Shown here piece by piece: positions 12,819 through 26,571 of a stretch of 64,000 bases of DNA. A program made the position numbers and the translations under genes. Source of the stretch: Mytilus californianus (Eukaryota). Below the pieces are notes generated by a model. That model was given only the letters and a program-made list of their open reading frames with translations. It made no database searches and had not been told where the DNA came from. The DNA lies in the NCBI RefSeq assembly GCF_021869535.1, contig NW_026262604.1, positions 1,054,001 to 1,118,000 of the forward strand, in the 5' to 3' direction. The first letter of the stretch is position 1. Each line of letters begins with the position of its first letter.

Positions 12819-13130
12819 AAGGAATGACTGTAATATTTTTTTTGTCTATGAAGAAATAACATTAAAATATGGTGCACACTGATTAACTAGTGTAGCGGGT
12901 TATTTAAAAGTGTGCATCACATTTTTGAGATTATTTCGAATAGACAGAAAAAAATATTACAGTCATTCCTGATAATTTAATTCTAAATTCATTTTTTAAG
13001 GAGAAAATCATGAAAAAACGTTGATGACGTCACGGTCACATTACAAAATTATGTCTATGAGCTGATAGACAAAAAACTTTCAGCTAGTCAGAAGATGATT
13101 TACATCCAAAATTAAATTATTTTATAATGA
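12819..13130 (+). mobile_element. Unclassified element with a ~150-bp terminal hairpin plus TGACGTCA
   Basis: Arms AAGGAATGACTGTAATATTTTTTTTGTCTAT... and ...ATAGACAGAAAAAAATATTACAGTCATTCCT; opposite-strand copy at 59640-59870. Confidence 0.75.
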
Positions 13131-14023
13131 AACAATTTATCAACCCATTCATGACATTATACATGTAAGAACCGTAGAACTGAACGAGAAGACTTTTTCT
13201 TTGGCAATAATTTACATATATATATACATAAGATCTCTTTTAGTATTATTCAGATCGTTGTTCTTTATGAAATGTATTTTCTGCCTACTTTTAGGGATTT
13301 TCCGTTAAATAACTATACATGAGACGCCAAAATTTAATCATTCCATGAAATTGTATTGATAGTCTTAATGCAGCTTGTAATATCTAATGTTCTTTAGGCG
13401 AACAGACTGTTTTCCACTCCTTCAAAGTACATTTGTACTATTTTTACTTTTCAATTTTCATTATTTCTGTTATTACATGTACATGTAGATACTTCAAATT
13501 CCAAACTGTTTTTTTTTGCAATTAAATTGTGAAATGCAGATGCTATCAAATAATATAAAATCTACCATGAAATAGGGTTATTTTCAGATTTCAAATACTG
13601 CTCTCAATGGAATTAAGCGTGCCACAGTTGCTTATATCGTGACATAGTTTTAAATAGACCAGTTAACGAGATTCAATCTTTTCTAGCGTAAAAGTAACAA
13701 GCAGAGAAGCTTTATGGGAAAAGTCACCTGGGAGTTTTATCTGCTGTTTTGTTTTCAGATATATGCAGATTTTATATTTGTATGCGAACTGATGTGCTAT
13801 AAATATGGATAATCTATGTAGATCACACAGGATACCTAATGCCTTTTTTCTTGCTTGGATAACATTGACATATTTATTCATTCCGATATGTTTCCACATG
13901 AATACTGATCACTTTATGTATGTGACAACATGAATCTTCAGGTACATTCCTGGATTTGTCTCTATTGATATACACGTAGGGTACACGTATGTCTAGACTA
14001 TGTTAAACTCTAAATCGTCTTAA

Positions 14024-14412
14024 GGATGTAGTCAGGTGAAATTAAAAAAAAATCTGGAATTTGAAATTGATACTTTAAATCAGAAGATAATTAGTAAAGA
14101 AACAAAATAAGCTAAAAATACTGATAGGTTATGGAACTCCTTTTCGAGATATTTGATTTTTAAAAATAGCGGGAAAAGGCTGAATCGGAGTTGTACCTTA
14201 TATTTAGCATTGGCTTTATTTAGGTCTCAAATCGTAAGAAAAGAAATTTAGAATCTGCTTAAATTTTGGTAAATGATCTTTTATGAGCTATTGCCGTCTT
14301 ATATGAAATGAAAAGTTGGTGCTTTGGGGCAAAATATTTTACCTGTATCGTAGGAAAACCCAAGGAGTCCGACCATCTGACAAAAATTCCTAAACCTGAC
14401 ATGACTACATTC
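14024..14412. mobile_element. Kolobok-like MITE, related subfamily
   Basis: TTAA|GGATGTAGTCA ... TGACTACATTC|TTCA; same ~390-bp size as 10987-11373. Confidence 0.7.
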
Positions 14413-14649
14413 TTCAGTCTAAAAATGCTGCTAGCGTGTGGCTCAATGTAACAGACACTGAAAAAGCTCTGCCATCAAAAACTAAATCCTCAAATTGATA
14501 GCAAAATTAAAGATTACACTAAAGAATACCATATTCGGAGTTTCTGACTTAGGAAATGCATGTGACAGAGTTCCAACCTGAACTTGGGACACGCACAATG
14601 CTCATGAGACTGCGCGGTAGTAATTTTTCCTCTGAGAGGTAACTATATA

Positions 14650-14770
14650 AAATAAAATAGAGAATGAAACGGAGAATGTGTCAAAGAGACAACAACACGA
14701 CCAAAGAGCAGAAAACAGCACAAGGCCACTAATGGGTCTTCAACACAGCGAGAAAAACCCGCATCCGGAG
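14650..14770 (-). mobile_element. 3' tail fragment of the Penelope-like family at 28012-28926
   Basis: Reverse-complement match to about 28810-28926. Confidence 0.7.
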
Positions 14771-15214
14771 TCACTTAGTTTTTATAGGGAATCACCGTAC
14801 GATGAACCTCAAAGCTGTGGTAGAATTAATGTACTTACTGTAATTGTTATGTTGTTTAAAAAAAAATGAACAAAATAACACTATTCAAAATTGCACTGAA
14901 TGTTGATATGGCCATATGTTGAATTACAGGTCCAGTTAAAATGCTATTTTGAGTTCTCATACGAGGAAAAAAAACCTCAATAACAGTAAAAAAATAAATA
15001 AAAAGAAACATTCATTCAAAGCTTTCTATACTCGGGACGAACACGATTTTGACATAGCTTGTATTCGTGAATTATTGAAGACCCTATACTGCGATTTTGT
15101 CACCAAAAAAATCTTAAACAAATAATTATGACTAATGTTATGCAAACTATAAATTAAATAAACAATGCATTAACGGTTGACTGATCAGAGGACAACCTGC
15201 AGGATGAAGGGCAG

Positions 15215-15520
15215 GCGCCTGATATAAAAATAAGAACATGTGTTATCATTGCAAGTGAGACAATTATCCAATAGAGACCAAATGACGTAGATTGAAGCAA
15301 CCATATGTTGCCGCACTTTTTACACGTTCTCAAACAATGAGCAACACCCATACCGTATATGGTAAGCTGTAAAAGGCTACGACATGACAAAATATAAACC
15401 AATAACTCTACTGAAAAAAAAAACAACGGTCTGGTTTATACTAACACAAAAAAGCAAACAAATATTATAGACAGCAACCACTGACAACCACTGAGTTACG
15501 GGCTTCTAGACTGTTTCAAG
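15215..15520 (+). mobile_element. Abundant dispersed repeat copy
   Basis: AAATAAGAACATGTGTTATCATTGCAAGTGAGACAATTATCCAATAGAGACCAAATGAC..., same family as 16395-16545. Confidence 0.65.
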
Positions 15521-16394
15521 TGCACGGTTTGTTGGTTTGTGCTGTACGTGTTCATAATACAACCGGTCTCCTGCGGATCCGAAGTAAATCTGACAAGGGT
15601 TCTATAGGGTAAAGAGATCATGGTATTCCTATTTAAATTTGGACGTTGCTGCGTATTTGTACATCCCGGGAAACTGATGACCATTTAGCACACGTATTTT
15701 TGTCGGATACGAAAATTCCGTTCATATATAAACATATTCGTATACATGTACAACATTTACACTTTAGTCCTGTTTATAGTGCGAATTCAAACTTTAACCT
15801 TTTTTTGAATACAGTTGCCATTTAATTTATTGCGAAGTTATATCTTTGAACTCATGTTACAAACTTTCCTTTTAAAACTTTTAAAAACCAATTCATACCA
15901 ATTCATACCTTTTACAGTAAATAAATAAAATATCAATATCTAAAATATTCAAGTTATATGATATACACTTCTCTTATTACAGTGCAAAATTTAAATATCG
16001 GTTAATGGCTAAATTGACACACGTGTTACATAGATTGAATGTTATTTTGTTTACAAGACGCAAAATCATTCTTGTGATTAGAAAAAAATCAAAAACATAC
16101 AATAATAAATTATGAATTGTGTGAGAAAATATTGTCCTATCATCGTTGCACATGAGATTAAATGTTACAGTAGTTAAACTCGGGGATCAAATTTATTTAT
16201 TTTCAAGCATTTTTGGAAGTATTTTGATTTCTCAGTATCTAGTATTTCTATTATGTCTTAATATTTTTTAATCTTCGATATTCTAATGCAACAAAAAGTT
16301 ATGATTAATAATTTTACCAAATGGTTTTTAATTGCCTATCTTTCGCTTTGAATACATTCAAAAAGTTTAATTTAAAAAAGGTATATGATCAGAT

Positions 16395-16545
16395 ATAGAA
16401 ATAAGAAGATGTGGTATGGTAGCCAATGAGACAACTCTCCACAAGAGACAAAATGACACAGAAATTAACAACTATAGGTTACCGTACGGCCTTCAACAAT
16501 GAGCAAAGCTAATACCGAATAGTCAACTATAAAAGGCTCCGAATT
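16395..16545 (+). mobile_element. Abundant dispersed repeat copy
   Basis: AAATAAGAAGATGTGGTATGGTAGCCAATGAGACAACTCTCCACAAGAGAC... Confidence 0.7.
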
Positions 16546-17656
16546 GATAGACCATTCCATAATTTGCTCGTGGAAAGTTCTACATTTTAAGTCGGTTAAT
16601 CATTGATACTTGGTAAACAGTAATTTGCATAAGTAATCAAACACTATTCGACATATTGTATGTATTGATTTAAACTTTATTGTCATTTATATAGTGGAGT
16701 TATAAGCTTCTTTTAATTTCAACAAGTAGAAATACAGTAACACACAATTAACGTGTACAATACCAATTTATTACTTATACGATCTTCGTTTTTATAACGG
16801 GCTCCGTAGAGGTTGCATTTTCTAAATTATACATTTTTTTTCTAATTTATTTATAATATACCATTATTTTTACCAACATTTCCCTCGTGTTTCTTCTATC
16901 AATCATTTTATTCTTCTTTCCCCCCTTTCCCGCTTTATTTGTTTTCTTCGATTTTAAATGTTGACTCTTTGATATGACCATTTCTATTGTTTCTTATGTA
17001 TCTCCTGTTGAGAACCTCTTTAGGGTTGCTATTGACAAGACAAGATGCCATGATTCAATTTTCACGATTTCATTTTTATTGATAAAATAAATTTACATAG
17101 CCACATACAGTATTAGGCTAATCAAACAAATCTGTTATGTTGTGATGTGTTTATTCTGATGGAGGCTCAGACCAATTTAAAGGTTTAAACAATAGGAAAT
17201 TATCGTTTATCTTTGATTTTTACAATAAAGGACTCTGGATACTTTAAGCATACGGTAAGTGAAAAAATGTAAGATAAACACAGAACAAAAATACAATTGA
17301 ATATGAATGTTATTTTACTGACTGCATATTTTTTGTTGTTGAAAATATCGAGTTTGTGATTGATTTAATGCTATTTAAGTGATGTGTAATGTTATTTTGT
17401 TAAACTGTATGCATACGCTAAGTGGAAACAATTGTAAGATAAACAAAACTAAGTACTTCATTAAAATGTTATGCTCTTTCACTTAACGTGGTATTTTTGT
17501 TAAAATGCTGACTTTGATTACAGATACAATGGCATATAAAATGCGTATATATATGAGGGGGGAGGAGGGGGTGGTCACGTATAATCGACATTTACCGTTG
17601 ATATGAATTAAAGTCAAAAGTGAACGGTTAACTTTTGAAAGGGATTTGGTCTTCAG

Positions 17657-17793
17657 GTTTTACGACGGGAAGGAGAAATATACCAGTCTTGTACTGGTCC
17701 TTTTTGTAGAATGTCGCACGAAAGGGTTGATAGAACTGGTTTTTCCTCAAACGACAAGACTAAGGGGTCAGTTTGGCCGTTCGATATTCACAA
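17657..17793 (+). other. Candidate 137-nt exon (coding or 5' UTR)
   Basis: Acceptor tggtcttcag|, donor CAA|gtaagt, GC above the flanks, two frames open. Confidence 0.4.
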
Positions 17794-18364
17794 GTAAGTA
17801 TCTATATTGTTTTCAAGTAGCAGTTCAAATTTCCGACCTTCATACCAGTCGACCCCTATTACAGGACATACATTTTATACCTCTTGTATTTATTGTTAAT
17901 TTGTTCTCGTTCTGGCTGAATATGCGCGAAATAATTGTCACTGGACGTATATCAAACAATAATTAATCACTTATAATTAACAAATATATACAATTACTGA
18001 AAATCGTAACACTACAACAGGTATACCAATACCATTGAAAGTGTAACCTTTATAAAGTTCAACCTAAGTAGGTTTTTTTCTGTCCGTTGTTCTGATGATT
18101 TAATGTAACAAATTTACTTTATCTGTAATTTCAGGTTTAACTAATGATCCATGTGCAATTTGGTTTGATAAGCCTGTGATATAATCACGGATAATAGAAA
18201 CTCGTTTATTCTTACTTTGAGAAAGATTTCTGAAAGAACCATCAAAATCAGATAATCACATTTCAATGGCCTTTTTCGTCGCGCTCTACGTGCTCCCTGC
18301 AAATTAAGGTTGTATTGCAATAATGACGTAAACGTGGGCCCAATATATTTTTCGTTTCATATGA

Positions 18365-18563
18365 GAGGGGCAGTAGGACGGGGTGTCATACCAAATTCCC
18401 GAAAAAATAAAGTATTCTTTCCCGGATTGCGTAAAAATAATCATTAATTCCCGAGTCCCAATAGGTGTAAATCCCGAATTCCCTTGAAAGTAAAGGCCCT
18501 ATCCCAAATTCCTACAAAAAAAGGCCCAATCCCGACGTCCCGAAAAAGGTCCTTCTGTCCCTC
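18365..18563. mobile_element. GAGGG-terminal MITE, family 2
   Basis: TIR GAGGGGCAGTAGGAC / GTCCTTCTGTCCCTC; 6-bp direct flank ATATGA (18359-18364, 18564-18569); internal TCCCGA motifs. Confidence 0.75.
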
Positions 18564-20581
18564 ATATGACGTACAATGTAATGCCTGTTACGGTTTATTC
18601 GTACCCTTTTAACATTGTTCAACAAGAGCATGGTTAACACGAAGGGTGCCACCAGGGGAATAGGAACTGAGTATCCTTCCGATGCATTTTCATTCAACAC
18701 CGATTTATTTTTCGGAAGACTTTGTGTAAATATAGTTATTTCTGTTTTGTTTTATGAACTTTTGTTTGCATACTTGTCTAAATTATAATAATTAAGATAT
18801 TTAATGAAGCACAATTTGGCTTTGGTCAACTATAGCATTTGTTTGTGAGAAGAAAGTTCTTTAAAACTACTATTATTATTATAAACAAGGCCGAATTTAT
18901 GACTTTTCTAGTATATCAGTTGAAATTGTATGAACAAATAAAAAGTTTCCCTCATAATCATGAAATGTTTACTGCAAAAATAAACCAGATAATAATTATA
19001 AACCAAGTGTGAAAAAACATTAGAGGAAAAAGTTACCATATATCAGCAAAAGAGAACAGTAAGTCAAATAAACACAAACAATTGCTCTCAGGTAAAGTTC
19101 AAACGAATTGTTTGACTAAATACTCATCAATTTGACAGAAAAAAAACAATGCCTTTCCTAAATGATAGACACATTTTATTCATACAGACTTTGCATTGAA
19201 ATGGATGTCGAAATTATTAAGGTAAATAAAACGAAAAATATTTTCAGTTCAATAACTTTTTTTTTAACTTTACTTGAGAGCAATTGAAATTAATATAAAA
19301 AAATATTACTAATATCTAATTCAGATTGAATTTTAAAATAAAACCAAAGCCAACTGCGTTTAAAGTCATGCGTAATAATCCATGGGTCACTAATACAGGT
19401 ATTGTCCAAATTTAAAAGGATAAGTCCATTAAATCAAAACAAGTAAACACACAACATAGTTTGTCTTTTACTTTAATACGATGACGTTAAACATTGTCTA
19501 CAGAGTTAAAAGGTTATTACCCCTGAAATTTGTTTTTTCTCTTTTATTTCTGACCATTATTTATGTATTTACTTATATCAAAATGTGTATAAATACTTGT
19601 AAAAGAGTCTGTTCAGTAATATTTTTCACAAGAGACTATCACTAAGGTAAGACTCCACATTAGGATTGTAATTTTGGTAAGAGTTTTGTGTTTTGTGTTT
19701 ATTTTCGTTTTGAGTCCGATTGCTGGTATTTTTTTATAGTTAAAGTTTAAAAAAATCTAAAAAAATAATTTTAAAATTTTGAAATATCAAGAATTACCAT
19801 TTTACAGGACATATTTTAATTTTAGTTATATGTATGTCCTAAATCGTTATTTCAAATTGGTTAAACAACGATTCTATTATATACTGCTCTTTTCAAGAAA
19901 TATTTTTTCACACTAAGACTTTGTGTTCAATATTGTTTGACGATCAAGCTGGTTAATAAGAGTATGGGGACAGAACGCGTAACTTATATTTCAATTTCAA
20001 TTTATAATCTGTTTCTCCTCTTCATTTTGATATTATTATTTATTCATAGGTTTGTGGGTATCTACGAAATATTTAATTAATGAAACTTCAAATTTAATTG
20101 GTTTCGAAAATGATTTCATTTTTTGTTAAAGTGGTAAAATATTCAGTGTACACGTATAATCTGAAAAAAAATTGTGTTTTTACGCCCTGCTTTATATGAT
20201 ATATATTACTATTTCATGATAATTGCAATATTGATGTCCCATAAGCTTTCAAATCATCAATAAAATGAGATATTTGCGAGTTAAATAAACTGTTTATTCA
20301 TTCAGACAGAACAGGATATGTCATTAATAATTCAGATGATTTTGAAGTATAAAATGTAGATTTGATAGTTTATAAATATAATATCGCTCATTGAAATATG
20401 AGGGTTGACATTTAGTTTTGAAATGACGGTTTTAACAGTGTATGCGTGTGTTTATTCCTAGAAAAGTTCCGAAGAAAATTTGCCGCCAGTAAAATTAATA
20501 CAAAATTACACAAATCAATACACGCGCATACACAAATAAAAATCACATGAACAGCGCTTTTAATTCTGTTCTTAAGTCCCA

Positions 20582-20781
20582 GGGGGCTTCGATGGCCGAT
20601 TGGTATAGGTAGTCCAACTACTGCATTTCAAACATGTCAATACTTAGGTTGTGGATTCGAACCCCGCAAGTGTCAGGTGCATTCGAATCCAATCTTAATT
20701 GACCATGATTGTAATTTTCCTGCCGAAGTTCTATGGTTCTCTCCGGGCACTCTGGCTTCCTCCATTATTTAAAACTGACCA
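20582..20781 (+). mobile_element. tRNA-derived SINE, 3' truncated
   Basis: GGGGGCTTCGATGGCCGA head, GGATTCGAACCCC B box, GGTTCTCTCCGGGCACTCTGGCTTCC core. Confidence 0.8.
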
Positions 20782-22204
20782 GTTTTAGTGGATTTTTTTT
20801 TAGATGTTGGTCATATTTGTGCATTGGAAAATACAGCTGTGGGGCCGATATATCAATTAAATAAATTATGAATTATAGACTTGCAAAAAAATATAAACAA
20901 CCTCCTCAATGAATCCAGCTGGTGGGGTGTTTTCGTGATAGGAGAGTGCATTCTTATTTACGACTAGAATTGTTTACGTCCCTTCTGAAATACGAGTTTT
21001 GAATTTGATACATGCGCACACCGGCAGATGTACCTTACAGGGGGTCTTAGTTCTTAGCCTTAGAAATTTCATATCACTCTACAGAATGTCAGATAGCACT
21101 CAACGTATATTTGCAGCAAACGAACGAACCTTGCACAGAAATCAACTTTTTGTCAGAAAAAAGTCCCATTAGCATTCAAGTATTTTAACAGGTGTAATTT
21201 TAATTGATTAATGGTTTTGTACATAATTGTTTTTGTTTTGAAGTTCTTCAATGATTGCTCAATACTTCCACAAGTCGTTTAGCACTAATGCCTAATCGAC
21301 ACTTTGGAATTAATTTTTAAAATTGATGTTTGTAAAACATCTAAATGGTTTTATCCAAACCGGGACATTAAATCAATATTTCAAATGACAGTTAAAACAC
21401 AGATAACGACAATCAAACTTCAAAGTCCCATTTGGAAAATGATCCGTGAAACCATTAACTATATCAACCTGTTATCTTTCACATAACATACAATAACAAA
21501 GTGATGTTGTCACGAAGGCAATTATATACCTTTAAAAATGTAACAGTTTAGCATGAAAACGATGTAGTCGTGGTTTGCCTATTTTAAATGACTTGTACTT
21601 TTATTTTAAATATTTATGTTGCATTATGGGTATGTGAAGGTTTCAGATTATTTTTCTTATGTTGAGATAACATTAACATGGACGGTGTAATGTAGTTTAC
21701 AACTAAACGGAACTTGATTCTGTCCTATAGCTATCTTCCTGAAGACGCGCGCACATTCTGATCTTGCTTTTTCAAAATTAAGTGTCGTCTGCCATGCCCT
21801 TGTTTATGTCAGTATTACAATAAGGAGATGTGATATGATTGCCAATGAGACAACTATACACCAGATTTCAAAAGAAGTGGTCGTTTTGTTAGCTGTTGAA
21901 TGTGTATTAATATTGTGTATTTTGCTTTCACGACATTTTCATGCAAAACCGGTAATGTGCGCATGTCACAACTAAGTGTGGTCTACTATGTCCTTGGCAA
22001 AGTTGGGTTAGAACATTTGTAAGCTACTATCGCCTTAATTTAAAGCAGTCGCATATTTTGCCTGTTTCAAGTCACACTGTCTTGACATGTGTTGTTCGTT
22101 CTTTTTTGTCTTGTCTGTATGTCTTTTTTCGAAGAAATCCGGTTATACTTTTTTTGTAATATCGAATTTCTTATTTTTTCCATTGTAAAATCGTCAACTT
22201 ATAA

Positions 22205-22677
22205 GAGGATCTGGATGGGGTTTAGAGAATGGAGAAATATTTGCAAAAAAGGCAAAATAAACGGGGGGAATTAAGAATATAGAGAAAAATAGGCAATAAA
22301 AAGTATCAAGAAATAGGGAAAAATAGACAAAAAAAATAAAGAATAGAATAATGAGGTGCTAAAATATAAAGAATAGAGAATAATGGGCACACAAAATAAA
22401 GAATAGAGAATAATGGACAAAAAAATAAAGAATTGAGAATAATGGGGTGCTAAAATATAAAGAATAGAGAATAATGGCCAAAAAAAACAAAGAATAGAGA
22501 GTAATGGGGTGCTGAAATATAAAGAATAGAGAATAATGGGCAACCAAATAAAGAACTGAGAATAATGGGGTGCTAAAATATAAATGAGAGTATAATGGGC
22601 AAAATAAATAAAGAATAGAGAAAAATGTTTCAAAAAGTTAATGAATAAAGAAATGAGAGACCCCCATCCAGACCCTC
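22205..22677 (+). mobile_element. GAGGG-terminal MITE, family 1, with an expanded internal array
   Basis: TIR GAGGATCTGGATGGGG / CCCCATCCAGACCCTC (15/16); TSD TTATAA/TTTTAA; about a dozen ~30-bp AAGAATAGAGAATAATGG subrepeats. Confidence 0.9.
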
Positions 22678-25015
22678 TTTTAAAGTCTATCTTTCTACAA
22701 GAGTATTCGTCCTGTGTGATCAATGTTAAAGTTCACATATAACTTTTAATTTAATTTCTACGAATGGAAAGTATCAAAAACTTTTCAATATTAAATGAAA
22801 TATCTTCTTTTGATCTTGATTCAAGTTATATCAAAAGGAAACAGATAAGGGGCTGAAAATTCACAATTATCTTTTGAAATAGTGCGCCATTGTATACCAT
22901 TAATGTTTCAAACTGGGCTGGAAAACTTTCTCTGTTATAAATTACCTATGATTTATTTAAGTGTCGCGGGAGATGAGAAGCATAGAAATTCTATTTTTGA
23001 ATATGATTTGTAAGGCTTTAAAGCGCTACTGACATTTTAAATCTCTATTAGATCTATAAACTGAACATTTTTAATAGATTTTAATATTTTATTATGTACA
23101 AGTTGGTCTGTCGTGTATAGCGACCGAGTAGTACTTGAAAGCATTTCAACAGTATTGTAAATTTTGATTTTCGATTGTAATACTGTCTATATATTTAGCA
23201 AATGGCTACTTGAATTGACATTTAGCATAAAAAAAAAACTAGATCACATATTTTGTTCTTTCTATTTTGTTGTTGTTGTTGTTGTTTTGCTATCTGTAGA
23301 TGAAACGCAGTTTTAAGATTTTAAATGCTTATCAATTCCATGAGTAATGATATAAGACAAAGTCAATCGCAGTTATAAAAATGTTTTGATAGCGTCCAGT
23401 CGATCTTAAAAGATCTGCAAGGAAAAAGAGAGCGTAGAGACGGTAAATACATTAATTGTTTGATTATAAATTTCCTGATAAAACTTTGTTTCAGACTGGA
23501 ACTAAAAAGATTTTTTCCATTAAAATCGAAAAAGAATGTTTCGAGTAAAAAAACATTGCCCCCTCCCCCACACCATAAAAAGGAAGGTACATGGTCGGTG
23601 TCTCATAACCCGTATTATTTAATTTAAAATTTGAAACATTTTGTTTATAATTAATATACTAGCTTTTCCGCGAGTATCAAATTCTGTCTATTTAAGAGAA
23701 GCAGAATTCACTCTAACGTTTGATATCGACGATTACTTCTCAGTTATACAGATGTACTGCAGTTACCTTTATATTAAATGACATCAATTCAAAGTACGGA
23801 AAGGGCAAACTGAGAAATGATCGCTTCGGGGATGCGAATCGATAAAACGTCTGATTAATGTTCTTTGTGAACCGGTTGATTTTTTATTCTACATAAAACA
23901 TAATTATGTTCAGTTTTGAAGTCTATGTTAGGTCATTTGTTTATTTGAACCTCTGTCTACTTTTGTTTGGGTTGGGCGTCAAAAGGATTTTACTTGATGT
24001 TTGGGTAAAATTACGAGTGGTTCAAACATTTACTTGGGTTATTCAGTCAAGCAGGGGGGTTGGGGTTGGAAACTTTGTGATATCAAACACCTTATTGTTG
24101 CTTTTTATAAGTCTTTTTATATATTATGGGGTGTTTTGAGGATGTATAGTTTTATTGTCACAATTTATGTCGGACTCCTCTTTTTATATTCATTGTATTC
24201 CCGTTGCACGCAAGGAGAATTTGCCATGCAAATGGTGCAAAAATAACTGTCATATTCTTACAGATTCAAGTTAAGTTTAAACATGCCATTTTATATCACC
24301 ATTAGGTAGAAAATCGCATCACCATAGTTCTTAATGCTCTTATTTATGTTCTTTCTAAAAGGCTATAATAATGTGATCAATTTAAGCTTAACTCCGTATG
24401 AAAGCTTGACTTCATTGTTGCAATACCATTTATCAATACTTCAGCTATGGACTTTAACCATTAAAATCGAATATTACGCGAAACTTAAAATATCTCCATA
24501 GAAAAAGATGATATATTTAGTCAACTGGTAAATGAAAGGCAAGCATAATGTATATCTACAAGTTTATTTATATATTAAGATCACGACAAGCTCAAAATAT
24601 TGATGGTAAAACCCATAAAAGATGTTTTATCTCCATTGAAAGTTTCGATATTACATCAAAATGTTAACAAGTACAGACGACAAATCACAATTTTTTTCCT
24701 TTTTCATAAATAAAGTATTTATTAACAAAAACTACAATACATATATTTGGGAAACAGCTCGCCTAGACGAGTGCAATCTAACAAAACAACTATCATCAAC
24801 GTCACATTGCAAGCACATTCTCATGCCGCTGCAGCATACATTTCAAACAAACATATCTACAAAGAAAAAATTAAAAAAAAAGAATGCGTTTAAAATATAT
24901 ATAAAACAATTATATCTAATTAATGGTCTTATTAGATCTGCAGAAGAACTTAACGCGTTACAATCAATAAAATAAATAATACAAACAGTTTCACATGGTT
25001 TAACTCGAATAATTC

Positions 25016-25032
25016 TGCGCCCTCTAGCGGCA
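25016..25032 (-). promoter_or_regulatory. CTCF-like motif
   Basis: Reverse complement TGCCGCTAGAGGGCGCA fits the CTCF core CC(A/G)(C/G)(C/T)AG(A/G)(G/T)GGC(A/G)(C/G) in very AT-rich surroundings. Confidence 0.5.
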
Positions 25033-26161
25033 TATAGCCTTAATGTTGTATTCGGAGATTAGTCGGAGATCAGCGGAATATAACGACTGACACTATTCGG
25101 ATTACACATGGTTGGGTGGATGGGGAAATGTTACTGCCCAAAAACTGATTTTCGGATGGTTAAAATAAAAAACTATATTTTCAATATAAACGTTCATCGC
25201 GTATGACAAGTCTGTGCTATCATACAAATCAACTTTTATTTCTTAACTATGTGACTTGTTGTTATGCTGAAATAATTTCAATGTTAACTAGAAGTAAACA
25301 AACGCACATGACTGTCCTCAATACAAAACACATTAATGTTGACATTTCTATATTTTGAACAATCAATCCAATTATTATTCTAATGAACCTTTATTGTCTT
25401 ATTAGTTTATTGTTTAGTCTATTTATTATGTTATAAATAATTACATTGTAATTAATCTGCCTTTGAAAGGGCACGTTGATTGGTTAATACAATTATTTGC
25501 ATCTGTATCTATTTACCGTATAACAACAAACCGACGTGATTCTGATGTTGATAAATACATAAATGCTCACATGAAATGACCTGATTTTATCTGCAATGCA
25601 GAATACCCTGCCAGCATTTAACTTTTTTCCCGGTCTCTAGCCAACCCGGCAAACATGTTTTTCTTTCCTTCTCCCCCCATCATTCCTGTGTTATTCTTTT
25701 TTTTGTGATGGATTGAGGGATATATAACTTAATTACGTTCGTTTCGTCGTTTGTCGGTTTTCTCAGAAAGAGGGTGTAATTCTGTTGTTTGTTCTCTTTT
25801 TTGTTCCTTGACTCTTGCTTGTTTTCTATCAATTATATGCCACATAAACGTCTGAATGTGTTTTGCATTGTTTTATAAACTTTCTTCCTAGCTATCACCA
25901 GGTTTACGTACATATAGTAAACATTCTTAATCTACATTTTAAACTTCTAACATATGTTTTTTGGAATACAAACAATATAAATATACCATTGAAATTAAGT
26001 TCATAAACTGGCTAGAAACTACATAGACAAAACAATGTATTTTTGCAACTTGTATGAGAAGTGTTCTAAATGCTGCAAAAAATTGATTCTGGTGCAGAGG
26101 CAAAGGTGAATTGTTCATTGTAGTTCTAGTTTTATTCAATGAGGACTTTTTCTCAGATAGT

Positions 26162-26571
26162 CAATCTGATTACAATAAATATCCTTGTCCCCGCTTCGCT
26201 TACAAGGATCTGACAACGATGTTTTACTTCCTGTTTTTGAGATCCTCCGGGATCCTCTGGTTTTGTTTATATCCGAAAAATGCACAAAATCGTTGTATTT
26301 TGAAAATGATCTCCAAAATGTTCTAACTTTGGAGCCTATAATGTACAATTATGAAGAGATTTTTTTCCCTAGCATTAAGGCTTTTGAAAAAAGATCCATT
26401 TTAAAAATAGATTGCATCCTTCTTGATATGCTATGATCAAGTTGAAATTCATGGCCATAATATGCCGAAAGTGATCTTTAACCTTTTATTGGCTGATGTT
26501 ATAATTACCAGAATAAAAGTAGATCCTTGTTTGCGAAACGCGAACATGTGATCTGTATTTTAATCAGATCG
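26162..26571. mobile_element. Foldback MITE with long imperfect TIRs
   Basis: CAATCTGATT...ACAAGGATCT versus AGATCCTTGT...AATCAGATCG; same family as 29040-29298. Confidence 0.65.

Noticed and set aside
22271-22723. Hydrophobic 150-aa ORF resembling a membrane protein
   Set aside because: It is the translation of the MITE internal TTATTCTCT repeats.
25633-25645. RFX X-box-like GTCTCTAGCCAAC (also CTCATCATGGCAAC at 42515)
   Set aside because: Each has a mismatch to the consensus and the TSS is unknown, so they cannot be told from chance.
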